A stretch of DNA of 32,194 nucleotides from Trichomonas gallinae (GCA_008369845.1 MRSU01005286.1:1-32194); one strand, 5' to 3'. Counted from the first letter of the stretch, positions 20,538 through 29,958 are shown. Program-made: numbers and translations. Notes: generated by a model from the sequence alone, not told the origin.

Positions 20538-21614
20538 ATGCGTCAAAAAATATTGATGCAGGAGGGTACAGATGTCTTACTCACGCTTCCTGATATTGGC
20601 CAAGTTAAAGGTAAGATTATTGAAATAGCAGATACAAAGGCATACGTACACTTCGAAAATCAAGACAGAAGGCTCGATAAGTATTATAATTTATCTGAAT
20701 TAACTGCAGCTCCTCAATTAGGAAAAATGGATGAAGAACAGACAAAAAGAGAAAAAGAAAAACTCGAAGAAGAAAAGGAAAAAATAAGAAATATCGATTC
20801 TGTTCAAGTAGGAAATTTCGTTATCGATGCTTGGTATTATTCGCCTTATCCTGTTGATAAATCCATTAAGAAACTATATGTTTGCGAGTACTGTATGAAG
20901 TATTTCACCACACTTAAGGAACTTCGCTCTCATTATGCAGAGCTTTTCGAAAGAAAACCTCCTGGCCGCGAAATATATCGTGATGGCAACATATCTATAT
21001 TTGAGGTTAAAGGAAAGAAGCAAAAAATGTTCTGTCAATGCCTTTCTTTGCTTGGAAAATTATTTATCGAACACAAAAACTCATATTTCGATGTTGATTC
21101 ATTTAACTATTACTTATTATGCGAATGCGATGACTATGGAGCCCATTTAGCAGCTTTTTATTCAGTCGAATCTAGAATGGTTGAAAATAATCTCTCTTGC
21201 ATCGTCGTTTTACCGCCATATCAGAAGAAAGGCTATGGGCGCCTCCTTGTATCACTCAGCTACGAAATTTCTTACAGATCAGGAGTAATATTAGGCCCTG
21301 AGCGTCCATTATCCGATATGGGACGCACACTGTACGTGTCATACTGGAGAGATGTCGTTATTTCGAATATCCTCAAAAATCCAAATGATTCATTAGATCT
21401 CAATGTTATCAGCGTAAAAACATGGCTGAAGAAAGATGACATCGTTGAAGCTCTTTCTACATCCGGATTCATGATCCGCTCAAGTAGAACTGCTCCTTTA
21501 ACAATAGATTTAGACTCAATCTTGTCTGTTAAATTCAAATTTGAAAACGTTGACGACAAGCCAAAGATCAAGCCAGAGCTACTATTATGGTTCAGCAAAG
21601 GATCATTTAATTGA
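20538..21614 (+). CDS. MYST-family histone acetyltransferase (Esa1/Tip60/MOF-type) with N-terminal Tudor-knot/chromo-barrel
   Basis: YVHFENQDRRLDKY (chromo-barrel), WYYSPYP, CEYCMKY, PPGREIYR, LFIEHK, NLSCIVVLPPYQKKGYG (acetyl-CoA motif A) and GPERPLSDMG (catalytic Glu). The start could be the ATG at 20556. Confidence 0.95.
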   Translation: MRQKILMQEGTDVLLTLPDIGQVKGKIIEIADTKAYVHFENQDRRLDKYYNLSELTAAPQLGKMDEEQTKREKEKLEEEKEKIRNIDSVQVGNFVIDAWYYSPYPVDKSIKKLYVCEYCMKYFTTLKELRSHYAELFERKPPGREIYRDGNISIFEVKGKKQKMFCQCLSLLGKLFIEHKNSYFDVDSFNYYLLCECDDYGAHLAAFYSVESRMVENNLSCIVVLPPYQKKGYGRLLVSLSYEISYRSGVILGPERPLSDMGRTLYVSYWRDVVISNILKNPNDSLDLNVISVKTWLKKDDIVEALSTSGFMIRSSRTAPLTIDLDSILSVKFKFENVDDKPKIKPELLLWFSKGSFN

Positions 21615-22430
21615 TTTATGTTCTTACTAAATAGATGTTTTTATTTATTTCACTTATCCATTAGATTTCACACATGCACACATATATTGGAATTTACAAA
21701 GCATCGACAGAATACAACCAATGCAACAAATGGATAGTTTTCACAATGCAATCTCAAAGAATAGATATCATCATTTTATTTCATTGGAATCTATTTATCC
21801 ATTTGAGTTCTATAATATTAGAATCGTTCAGATTCCAAATTTAGAACCAATTTATTTAGCTTATTAAGCTCGAAGCAAAAAATTTAAGCAATTTTTCCAC
21901 TTATTAAATTGTTTTGAATAACAACATCTCCATTTGATTAATATATGCACTGAGCCTAATATCCATAGAAAAATGCAATATTTAAAATAATGCATGCTAA
22001 TACACAATTAAACAAACAAATGAATACAATTCGACTGTAATAAATAGTTATATCGCTGAGATTACTTTCAAAGGTGATGTTAGAGCTAACTAGACCATTG
22101 GTTTTGATTCGATTCGAGTGAATAATTGTCTAAATGAAAATATGAATGATTAATGTAGTGTCATCAAATTTGGCCATTGATTTTCACTGATAAAATACAA
22201 TAATTTATTAATTCAGTTAAAATAGAATTTCTAAGATATTTTCTATCTGAGAAACCATTAAACATCTAATATGCAGATTGATTTTGCTTAAAGTCATTCT
22301 ATATTTTATTGCAATTAAAAAATTTGAATTTTGTTTAGTATATGACTAAAATATGATTAAGCTGTGAATGCATTATTGGTGTGATATGTTAAATTGAGCA
22401 AGTATAAAAAAATTAATAAAATCAATAAAT

Positions 22431-23150
22431 TTACTTGGCAGACAAAATTTGATCGAGCTGGTTTTTGGTCTGAGCAATTGTCTTCTTAAGATAGGCAATT
22501 TCTTCAGCGTAGTTCTTATCAATTTCAGCGCGAGTTGCAACTGAAGCCTTTTCTAATTCAACAATCTTAGCTTGCAACTTGGCAACGTTAGCTTCTAATG
22601 CTCGGTTATCTTCCTTGAGAGTTTTATTCTCTTCTTCAATCTGATCTTTCATCTGTTCGACTTTAATGACTTTTCTCATACCCCAAGCAACAGCAGACTC
22701 ATATAGCTGCTGATAGTCCGATATAATCATTCTTAATTCATCGCGAACCCGAACAAGTAATTTTCCGCGAGCGCTGCAATCGATTGTAATTTGTCTAATG
22801 ATTTCATCAAAACACTGTGCATAGAGCTCAGATCTCACCGGGCATATGCCAGTGTTGCGTGCTTTTCTCTGTTGTAATAACGAATCTAATTGTGACTGAA
22901 GCTTAACGACGTCAGATCTTGTTGCTGGTGCTATACTAACAAACTGTATAAGTGTTTGACCATCCTGGACGAATTTTCTAGGAGGAAGCATAGAATCTAA
23001 AACTTCTCTTGTTAATTGCTCGTCTTCTTGGTCGCCGTCTTTATTTTCTCTACGCTGGCGTTTCTGCTGCGGTGCTTGTTTCTTCAGGTTACCTTCGAGG
23101 ATCGGAACATCGTATTTCAAAAGTCCTTTCCCTGGGCGAGCAGCACTCAT
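22431..23150 (-). CDS. DNALI1: Axonemal inner-arm dynein light intermediate chain p28
   Basis: LLKYDVP, MLPPR, PATRSDVVKLQ and ARNTGICPVRSELYAQCFDEIIRQITI...RGKLLVRVRDE...LYESAVAWGMRK are p28/DNALI1 hallmark motifs. Confidence 0.95.
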   Translation of the reverse strand: MSAARPGKGLLKYDVPILEGNLKKQAPQQKRQRRENKDGDQEDEQLTREVLDSMLPPRKFVQDGQTLIQFVSIAPATRSDVVKLQSQLDSLLQQRKARNTGICPVRSELYAQCFDEIIRQITIDCSARGKLLVRVRDELRMIISDYQQLYESAVAWGMRKVIKVEQMKDQIEEENKTLKEDNRALEANVAKLQAKIVELEKASVATRAEIDKNYAEEIAYLKKTIAQTKNQLDQILSAK

Positions 23151-23164
23151 AGAATAACGAATCA

Positions 23165-23172
23165 GTCACTTT
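23165..23172 (-). promoter_or_regulatory. M2 motif (AAAGTGAC) upstream of p28 gene
   Basis: The minus strand reads AAAGTGAC, ending 15 nt before the ATG. The same motif precedes the WDR3 and ubiquitin-like genes. Confidence 0.55.
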
Positions 23173-23296
23173 TTTGATGAATTTTAAAACGTTTTTTTAC
23201 AAAATATAGACTATCTATTGGGTGTTATTTCGAAATAATCAAGAAATCACGAAAAATTTGACTTTTTAAATTTTTCTCATGCAAATATCATAATTA

Positions 23297-23490
23297 GAGA
23301 TTGGTTATATAGAGATTTGTGATTGCACATTTACATATATAATACCAATAATAGAATTAAAGCTTAAATAGTGATTGAAAATTTTTCACATTTTTGAGAC
23401 TTATTATATAGATATTTGATATTACACATTTACAGATATTATGTGGGAAATAGAATTAAAGCTTAAATCATGATAGAACTTTTTTCAAAA
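23297..23490. repeat. Degenerate tandem duplication, ~99-bp unit
   Basis: ATAGAATTAAAGCTTAAAT occurs at 23351 and 23450, each preceded by TATAGAKATTTG...CACATTTACA and followed by TGATWGAA..TTTTTCA. Confidence 0.8.
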
Positions 23491-23760
23491 AAATATCCAT
23501 GATGAAGCGAGACATTTTCGAGAATATGCCATTTTTGTAATAGCAATGAAGCCCTACCATTGAAAGCTTAAGAATTGATGATTTTGTTTTGTGAATGAGC
23601 TGAAGCTGCATGGAAACACATTATAGAAGAGATTTATCGAGTTATGCTTGTTTGTTTTATCAGCAATTCTAGTTATATGCTTATTATCTGTTAGCAAAAA
23701 GAATAATTTTGTAAAAAATGATCTATTTTAAAAAATTCTATAATAAATACAAATGATACT

Positions 23761-26301
23761 TCAGAATGGTCTCTGTATCTCTTTTTGTATAATCTTGAGT
23801 GCAGCAAGGTTTGAGCCACATCTGCTTCTCATTTCATTGACCTTGCTGTGCACCAAGTCTCTGGTTTTAATAAAAACTTCTTTGACTTCAGGCGACGCCT
23901 CCATCTGCCTCTCGTGGAACTTAATCAGCGAGTTGATGCATCTGACAGTGAGCTCTATCTCCTTTCCTTCAGCCAGCCACTCGCTCGCCCACTGAATGAA
24001 CGAGACAGCGCTCGAGAAAGGCAAACTCTGCATGACGACATCCATGTCCGCCCTGTTGATCTTTCTCATGGAATTAAGCAGATAATCTTTCGGCGAGATT
24101 GTCCTCATCAGCGGGTTTTCTCCTGGCGATTCTCTCTCTTTGTCTGCTGCAGCTATGTCGTCTCTCAGCCTGTCGCCGTGCTCTATTGATTCTACAGTCA
24201 TTCTTCCTGGAGTGTCGACAACAGCGCCACCGAAAATCGAGCCTCTTAAAGCAGCTATCGTTCTGTCATTTTTCTCAGCGTTTGCAGTTTCTATCTGCTG
24301 CTCCAATCTCTTCTCTTCTTCTATAGACAGGTAGATCTTCTCCTGCGTTCTCCTCCACAGTCTGATGCCTTTATCCCTGCCGCCAGTGATGACATATGAA
24401 CCGCTGGGAGAAACGTCCATCGCGTAGATTTCGCCGACATGCGAGCGAAGAGTCTGCACAGACCTAAATGTGTCGCAGTCCCACATCTTGAGGACGCCGT
24501 CTCTACCAGCTGTCCACGCGTAGTGCGTGTTGGGGATGAACTTAGCGCATACGACGACACTCTCGTGCGCCCACAAGCTGCGGTGGCAGTCGCCGAACTC
24601 TGTGCCCCAAATACGCATGTTTTTGTCGGCGCTCGCTGTGACGATTAATTCGTTATCATAAGAAAAGTCGACGAAAGTGACAGGAAGGTGGGAACCGTAT
24701 AATGATATGTGGAAGTTTAATGTGTCTGTGTTGAAAATCCTGACCGTTGAGTCCAAAAGTGCGGCCGCGATGTATTTCGAGTCTGGTGAGTAGGCAATGG
24801 AATATACTTCATCGTTGAGCTTGAGTGTCCTCTTGTGGAGTAGTACTGGCTGATCGTTCTTAAATCCGATATTCCAAAATCTCACTTCTTTGTCGCTAGA
24901 GGCTGTTGCTACTTCTGTGCAGCCTGGAGAGACAACAATCTGCCATATTCTACCGTCGTGACATTTGTTTACTGCGTATATTGTTCCTGTTGATGCATCG
25001 CCCATTTCTATGTTACCTTCTCTTGTTCCGACGATGAAGAATCTTCCACCGGGGAGAACAGCGAGGCTTGATGCCATTCCACAGCTGATTGTTTGAATGC
25101 ATTGGCGACTTTCTAAATCCCAGATTTTTACACAGCCTTCCGATGCTGAAATGATTCTGTCTGGTGATGATTCGTCGTTTTCAGACTGTCCGAAGAATGC
25201 AAGGCCTCTGATATCGCTTGTGTGGCCCATTGTTTGATGAACAATCTTGAAAGATGGAGATTCTTCTCCTTCACGCAGAGAATTTTCGAGTACAACAATT
25301 GAGTTATCTGCAAGTGTTGCAACGATTGACTTTCCAAGGAATTCTGCATTGCATAATCTTGTTGGAAGCGTAATTGTTTGTTCTTTTTCGAACTGAAGGA
25401 CTTCTGTAGCCTGACCACCTGATTTCTGTGCACGTTTTGCACGGCGCTTCTTCTTTTTCTCCATTTCTTCATCAGATAAAACTTTCCAAACGTCAATGTT
25501 TTCGCCTGATGTGACGAAAGCAAGCGATTTGCCATCTGGAGATAAAGCGATGTCTTGAACTCTGTGTTTTGTATCTCTGTTAATTTGAACATCGGGAGTA
25601 AGAACGACAGGGTTCTTTGGATCGACGGAATCCGGATCTGATATGATAAAAGAGAAGAAATCTGGAGATTTGCCTGCAGCAACTATCTTATTTATGCTGA
25701 TAAGGCATAATGAGTATAATTCAGAGGCAGCAATAGTAACTGTTTGAATGCACGCGTTGATATCGAGATCCCAAATACGAATATGTGTATCTTTTGATGA
25801 TGACACAAGCCATGGAGTATCTGGAATGAATAATAAGTCTGTGATTGCATTTTGATGTCCTGAGAAGCGGCAAATACCACAATCTCCGATAACATCCCAA
25901 ACAACGATATCATTGTCCTGAGAACCTGAAGCTAATAGATTTGATTCATTATTAAAAGCTAAACACGTAATTGCGCGTCTATGACCAGTAAAGTGATTAA
26001 CTTCTTCACCTTCACGGTTGAAAACGGAAATTTCGGCATTTGAATACCCAACTGCAATTAATTCTTCGTTTGGAGACACAACGAAGTCATTAATCTGGAC
26101 AGATTCTTGTTGTTCTTTGAATTTTGTTGGTGGATTGAAAACTTGTTTTGTTTGCGAAAGATTTGATGAATATGCGACTAATTTATCTGCTTGTGCAGAC
26201 AAAATTAAGCCAGCCTTCTTAAAAACTTGGACAGACTTGGATCTCGTGGCGTGAAGACCAAGAACAGAGTCAAGTGTGAATCCAAGATATGCGTGCTCCA
26301 T
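23761..26301 (-). CDS. WDR3: WD40-repeat SSU processome protein WDR3/Utp12/Dip2
   Basis: 846 aa with many GH...WD repeats. Family motifs include LIAVGYSNAEI, YIAAALLDSTVRIF, SLYGSHLPV, SADKNMRIWGTEFGDCHRSLWAH and a C-terminal Utp12 domain (MQSLPFS). Confidence 0.95.
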   Translation of the reverse strand: MEHAYLGFTLDSVLGLHATRSKSVQVFKKAGLILSAQADKLVAYSSNLSQTKQVFNPPTKFKEQQESVQINDFVVSPNEELIAVGYSNAEISVFNREGEEVNHFTGHRRAITCLAFNNESNLLASGSQDNDIVVWDVIGDCGICRFSGHQNAITDLLFIPDTPWLVSSSKDTHIRIWDLDINACIQTVTIAASELYSLCLISINKIVAAGKSPDFFSFIISDPDSVDPKNPVVLTPDVQINRDTKHRVQDIALSPDGKSLAFVTSGENIDVWKVLSDEEMEKKKKRRAKRAQKSGGQATEVLQFEKEQTITLPTRLCNAEFLGKSIVATLADNSIVVLENSLREGEESPSFKIVHQTMGHTSDIRGLAFFGQSENDESSPDRIISASEGCVKIWDLESRQCIQTISCGMASSLAVLPGGRFFIVGTREGNIEMGDASTGTIYAVNKCHDGRIWQIVVSPGCTEVATASSDKEVRFWNIGFKNDQPVLLHKRTLKLNDEVYSIAYSPDSKYIAAALLDSTVRIFNTDTLNFHISLYGSHLPVTFVDFSYDNELIVTASADKNMRIWGTEFGDCHRSLWAHESVVVCAKFIPNTHYAWTAGRDGVLKMWDCDTFRSVQTLRSHVGEIYAMDVSPSGSYVITGGRDKGIRLWRRTQEKIYLSIEEEKRLEQQIETANAEKNDRTIAALRGSIFGGAVVDTPGRMTVESIEHGDRLRDDIAAADKERESPGENPLMRTISPKDYLLNSMRKINRADMDVVMQSLPFSSAVSFIQWASEWLAEGKEIELTVRCINSLIKFHERQMEASPEVKEVFIKTRDLVHSKVNEMRSRCGSNLAALKIIQKEIQRPF

Positions 26302-26306
26302 TTTTA

Positions 26307-26314
26307 GTCACTTT
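26307..26314 (-). promoter_or_regulatory. M2 motif (AAAGTGAC) upstream of WDR3
   Basis: The minus strand reads AAAAAAGTGACTAAAAATG. Confidence 0.55.
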
Positions 26315-26442
26315 TTTCTGCAAAATCTTGTTTTTTTTTGTCTTCCTGTTTTTGATATCATATATAGCTTATTTAGCTGATTTAATCAATATTTTCTCGT
26401 GAAATATAGCCAAAATACTTTGTTATTAGCGTTTAAATTTAA

Positions 26443-26665
26443 ATTTTGATTAAATATAGTCTGTTGTGCTCTAAAATATAGACAAATCAATATAAAACCA
26501 TCAAAAATGTTTATATTCGTATGCAATTATGCTGAAAATGAGATATATTATATTTTGATTAAATATTGATTTATGTACTTTAAAATATAGATAAATCAAT
26601 ATAAAAACATCAAAAATGTTTATATTTACTTGTAACTAAGCATTAAATGAGATATATCATATTTT
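26443..26665. repeat. Degenerate tandem duplication, ~109-bp unit
   Basis: TTTTGATTAAATAT occurs at 26444 and 26553. Both units contain TAAAATATAGAYAAATCAATATAAAAMCATCAAAAATGTTTATATT and AAATGAGATATAT. Confidence 0.85.
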
Positions 26666-27107
26666 TATAAATTCTTTGTTTTCTTGAGATAATTCAATTA
26701 AAATCATATTTATATGCTCAAGTTGAATATGCTGTCAAATAGAAATGGTTTAAATCTTTAGATATATTTTTTCTTATTTATAATCTCAGATTTAGAGCAT
26801 AGCATGAATGAAAAATTAATATAATCATTTAATTATGAAGAAATGTACTCCTAAATTTTGGATAACTGCCTATAAATATGAAAAAAAATATATTATTTTT
26901 TTAAGGTCAAAATATGCATCCTACACATTAGCCAGAATGCAAACTTCATGATAAAGATGCTGCGAGTCGCAACTTTCATCTTTTATTGTTCAAGTAAAAA
27001 ATAGAAACAAATTTTGGATCGGTCTAGCATAAATATAACGTGCAAAATGACAAACGGCAGATATAAACAAGTCTGTTGTATATTAAAGAAAAATAAGAGT
27101 TTTTATT

Positions 27108-27206
27108 ATTTGAAGGACTCTACTGCCATCCTACATGGAATGAACCAGTACAGGGATGAATATTGCAATGCTCGAAGCCTTGTTCGCTGACGGCTCCTAA
27201 TCAAAT
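27108..27206 (-). ncRNA. Structured GC-rich island, tRNA-like pseudogene or unknown small RNA
   Basis: About 50% GC in AT-rich flanks, with no ATG-led ORF. On the minus strand: GCCGUC/GAUGGC closing stem, CGAA-caaggc-UUCG hairpin and a GGUUCAUUCC T-loop-like motif; the anticodon arm does not pair. The strand is uncertain. Confidence 0.3.
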
Positions 27207-27455
27207 GAAAAAATTAAAGAAAATATTCAAAACAAATCTTTTAATTACCAAAAAATGTTTGCTATAGTGAGATCATTTCCCAGGCGAGTAATGTTGAGGG
27301 AAAATTTTCTCCAACAAAAAATGATAAAATCCTTTTCATATAAATAAATAAAAAGCGAAGAAGGTTTTGTGTTAAAAAAAATACGGATCCGGTGAATGAA
27401 TTTATTTTTTGTTTGACAAATTATCGGATTTTTGGCGGTTATGACACACACGAAA

Positions 27456-28082
27456 ATGGGCTGTTGCGCCAAGTTTTCATTGTTCATTATCTCGTTCATC
27501 GCCATCGGCATTATTACAGCTATTGGTGCCCTCTCAATCTTTTTCATCACAAAGTACAAGATCCAGGATATTTCTGAAGATAATACACTTTTAGTTTTCT
27601 CCATTATCATCCTTTGCGCTTCTGCTTTCATTCTTGTTTTCGCTATTTACGCCTCATGCACAGATGCTAGATGCCCATCATTCATCCTTGGTGTCATTCT
27701 TTTCGTTTATGGTGGTGCCATGGTTGCTGCTATCGTCTTATATGCAATGTTCAACAAGAAGATCTGGAACAAGCTTGCTGACAAGTGGGATGATCTTAAC
27801 GTCAGATTAAGCAATTCTTCTGTTTCCGCTGCTATCCATGAGGTCGAAGAAAAGCTTAACTGCAGAGGCTGGCACACAAACTATTCACTTACATTACCAA
27901 AATGCGCCGAAAAGGTTGAGGATCCAATTAAGAAATATCTTTACTTCATCTATGCTGGTGTTGCCTTAACAGCTCTCCTTCTCTTCCTTGCTGCTGGCAT
28001 TGCATTTTGGAAGACATGCAAGAGCAGCGATGATACAAAGAAGAATCAACCAATCGAACAACCATTATCCTATGGCTGGTAA
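27456..28082 (+). CDS. Tetraspanin-like four-transmembrane protein
   Basis: Three N-terminal TM helices, a large extracellular loop with EEKLNCRGW (CCG-motif position) plus one further Cys, a fourth TM and juxtamembrane Cys. Start is AAAATG at 27456 (MGCC), with an alternative ATG at 27441. Confidence 0.8.
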   Translation: MGCCAKFSLFIISFIAIGIITAIGALSIFFITKYKIQDISEDNTLLVFSIIILCASAFILVFAIYASCTDARCPSFILGVILFVYGGAMVAAIVLYAMFNKKIWNKLADKWDDLNVRLSNSSVSAAIHEVEEKLNCRGWHTNYSLTLPKCAEKVEDPIKKYLYFIYAGVALTALLLFLAAGIAFWKTCKSSDDTKKNQPIEQPLSYGW

Positions 28083-28291
28083 TTTTTTCCTATTCTAAAA
28101 GATCATTTTATATCAACCTTGCATATTTTTTATAAATTCAACAAATTTGGGCAACAAATAAATTGGCAGAATTCCCAATTTTTCCAAATCTTTGAGTTTT
28201 AGCCAATTTAATTTGCAAAACATGAAATAATACATATACACTTATTATATTTCAATCAGTCAACTCAAAATTGCTCAGTTTTTTTTTAATT

Positions 28292-28483
28292 AAAAATCAC
28301 GAAATGCAGCTTTTAATGACATGTAAAAAATTCTCTAGTATTATGAGTATTATAATTCGAGTATCATAAGGCTTTTTCTCTAATTTCAAAATTGCGAAAC
28401 TAAGCTTTTAATAAGATGAATTAAATTCTTTAGTATTATAAGTATTGGAATTAGAGTAATATAAAGCTGTTTCTCTAATTTCA
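28292..28483. repeat. Degenerate tandem duplication, ~95-bp unit
   Basis: TTCTYTAGTATTATRAGTATT..AATT.GAGTA..ATAARGCTKTTTCTCTAATTTCA occurs at 28331 and 28426, each preceded by CGAAA...AGCTTTTAAT. Confidence 0.8.
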
Positions 28484-28637
28484 CTAGTATATATATCTTG
28501 TCTCGATATGCATTTTTCATTGCTAATGTATGTTATTTTCTTTATCAATTTCTCAAATTGAGATTTAGTAAGTTGGTTATAGTTATAAACAAGTTAACTA
28601 TGCACTATATTTTGTTCTTGGATGATTTTTTTTTGCG

Positions 28638-28874
28638 ATTGATCCTGAGCTTTGTATTGAAGATCTGAAGAGAACTACCGGAGTCTGTGATTTTTAAACA
28701 GTAAAACACCCTGAAAAATTTCGATTCGGTGATGAGAAAGAGCGATATTATCGCATCATTATGCCTGGAAGTGGATAATATGAGTCATATCTCATGAAAT
28801 TTCCTAATCACCCAAAATTACTTCATATTAATATAATATTTGGGTTAATAATTCTTTTACCATTGTCATATTAA
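28638..28874 (+). pseudogene. Possible degraded coding fragment, family unknown
   Basis: Locally higher GC. One frame reads IDPELCIEDLKRTTGVCDF*TVKHPEKFRFGDEKERYYRIIMPGSG*YESYLMKFPNHPK with two internal stops. Confidence 0.25.
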
Positions 28875-29139
28875 TTAGTGACGTCTCAATAATGTATATT
28901 AATTCTTTCACCAATGTAATGCATATCCAATTATGAGTAATTTTCCAAGTTTTTGGTAGTAATCTGGTTATATATTTAGAGAATAATGAAAGTCAGATTT
29001 TACTGTTTACACGACAAATTTTAAAAATCACGAAAAAGGGTTTAATATTCTTAGCAAAAAGTGAAATAATTGATAAATAGACACCAAATAACAAATTTTC
29101 TTCTTTTTTCCTTATATTTTTAAACGGATATCAAAAAAT

Positions 29140-29598
29140 ATGCAAGTTCCGATTGAAGCTCCAATCGAAATTAAAAAGAAGATTGCCAAAAAGCTACAGA
29201 AATCAGGTGCTCTTAAGAGGATCGAAAGAAAGATTAAATTGGGAATGATGGTTGCCGTTGAAGAAATTAAATCAGAACCAAACGAAAAGACACATTTAGA
29301 AAGGCTTCCATTCAAGGATGCTACAATCAATGAAATCAAAGGATTGCAAGCAATCTATTCTTACTTAGCAAAAAGAAATTTAACATATACCTTATCAACG
29401 TTACTTGAAGAATCGTGTGTTAAACGCCAGCAAAATAGCAACTATGATTTGGTTGAAGTAATAGAGTCAGCCAATCTTCATAGTTCTGATGACGATATCA
29501 AATTACCAGTTACAAGGAAAAATCCGCTTCAAAACAAGCCAAAATCTCAGAAAGCTAAAATACTTGCGAGCGATGATAGTGATTTTGATGATTTGTAA
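29140..29598 (+). CDS. LisH-domain protein of FOP/FGFR1OP-FOR20-OFD1-TON1 type (basal body/centrosome)
   Basis: LQKSGALKRIERKIK (cf. LExxGVLxxLKAxLR) is followed by LisH-like LQAIYSYLAKRNLTYTLSTLLEES. Confidence 0.75.
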   Translation: MQVPIEAPIEIKKKIAKKLQKSGALKRIERKIKLGMMVAVEEIKSEPNEKTHLERLPFKDATINEIKGLQAIYSYLAKRNLTYTLSTLLEESCVKRQQNSNYDLVEVIESANLHSSDDDIKLPVTRKNPLQNKPKSQKAKILASDDSDFDDL

Positions 29599-29958
29599 TA
29601 AAAATTGTAAGTTTTTAAATTATTTAATATATACACAGAGCTATAACAAGTACTACCATAATACTTATCATTAGTAGCTCATATATTTTCATTTCTACTT
29701 TATATTTTAACACAAAATATTTATCTAAGAAAATCAAATATACATTAATAATATAAGCTTTTATGCAGTTGTAAAGAGCAAATACAATCTATTTATTTTA
29801 AAATATGATTAAATTGAATTTGATGGAAAAAATTAGAGAGATTCCAAAGTTTTAATGCGCAAAATGGCATAATCAGCGAACATATCCAATTTTCAAAAAT
29901 CCAAGGATTTTTTTAGATTTTTAATTTATTTCGAAAGGTTATCCGAAAAATGTCTATA

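Noticed and set aside
23225..23238. Perfect 14-bp palindrome TTATTTCGAAATAA
   Set aside because: An AT-rich single occurrence, not distinguishable from chance without genome-wide data.
26951..26986. Short hairpin AAAGATG-c-TGCGA-g-TCGCA-...-CATCTTT
   Set aside because: Too short, with a sterically poor loop; could be chance.
27152..27198. Hammerhead ribozyme or box C/D snoRNA on the + strand (GAA...CGAA/TTCG-CTGACGG; GGATGA...CTGA)
   Set aside because: The core reads CUGACGG and GAAU rather than CUGANGA and GAAA, with no valid stem III. For C/D, the boxes are only ~27 nt apart with no terminal stem.
4051..29598. Functional clustering of flagellar/basal-body genes (MNS1, p28, LisH/FOP-like)
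   Set aside because: They are dispersed among unrelated genes, and flagellates have hundreds of such genes.
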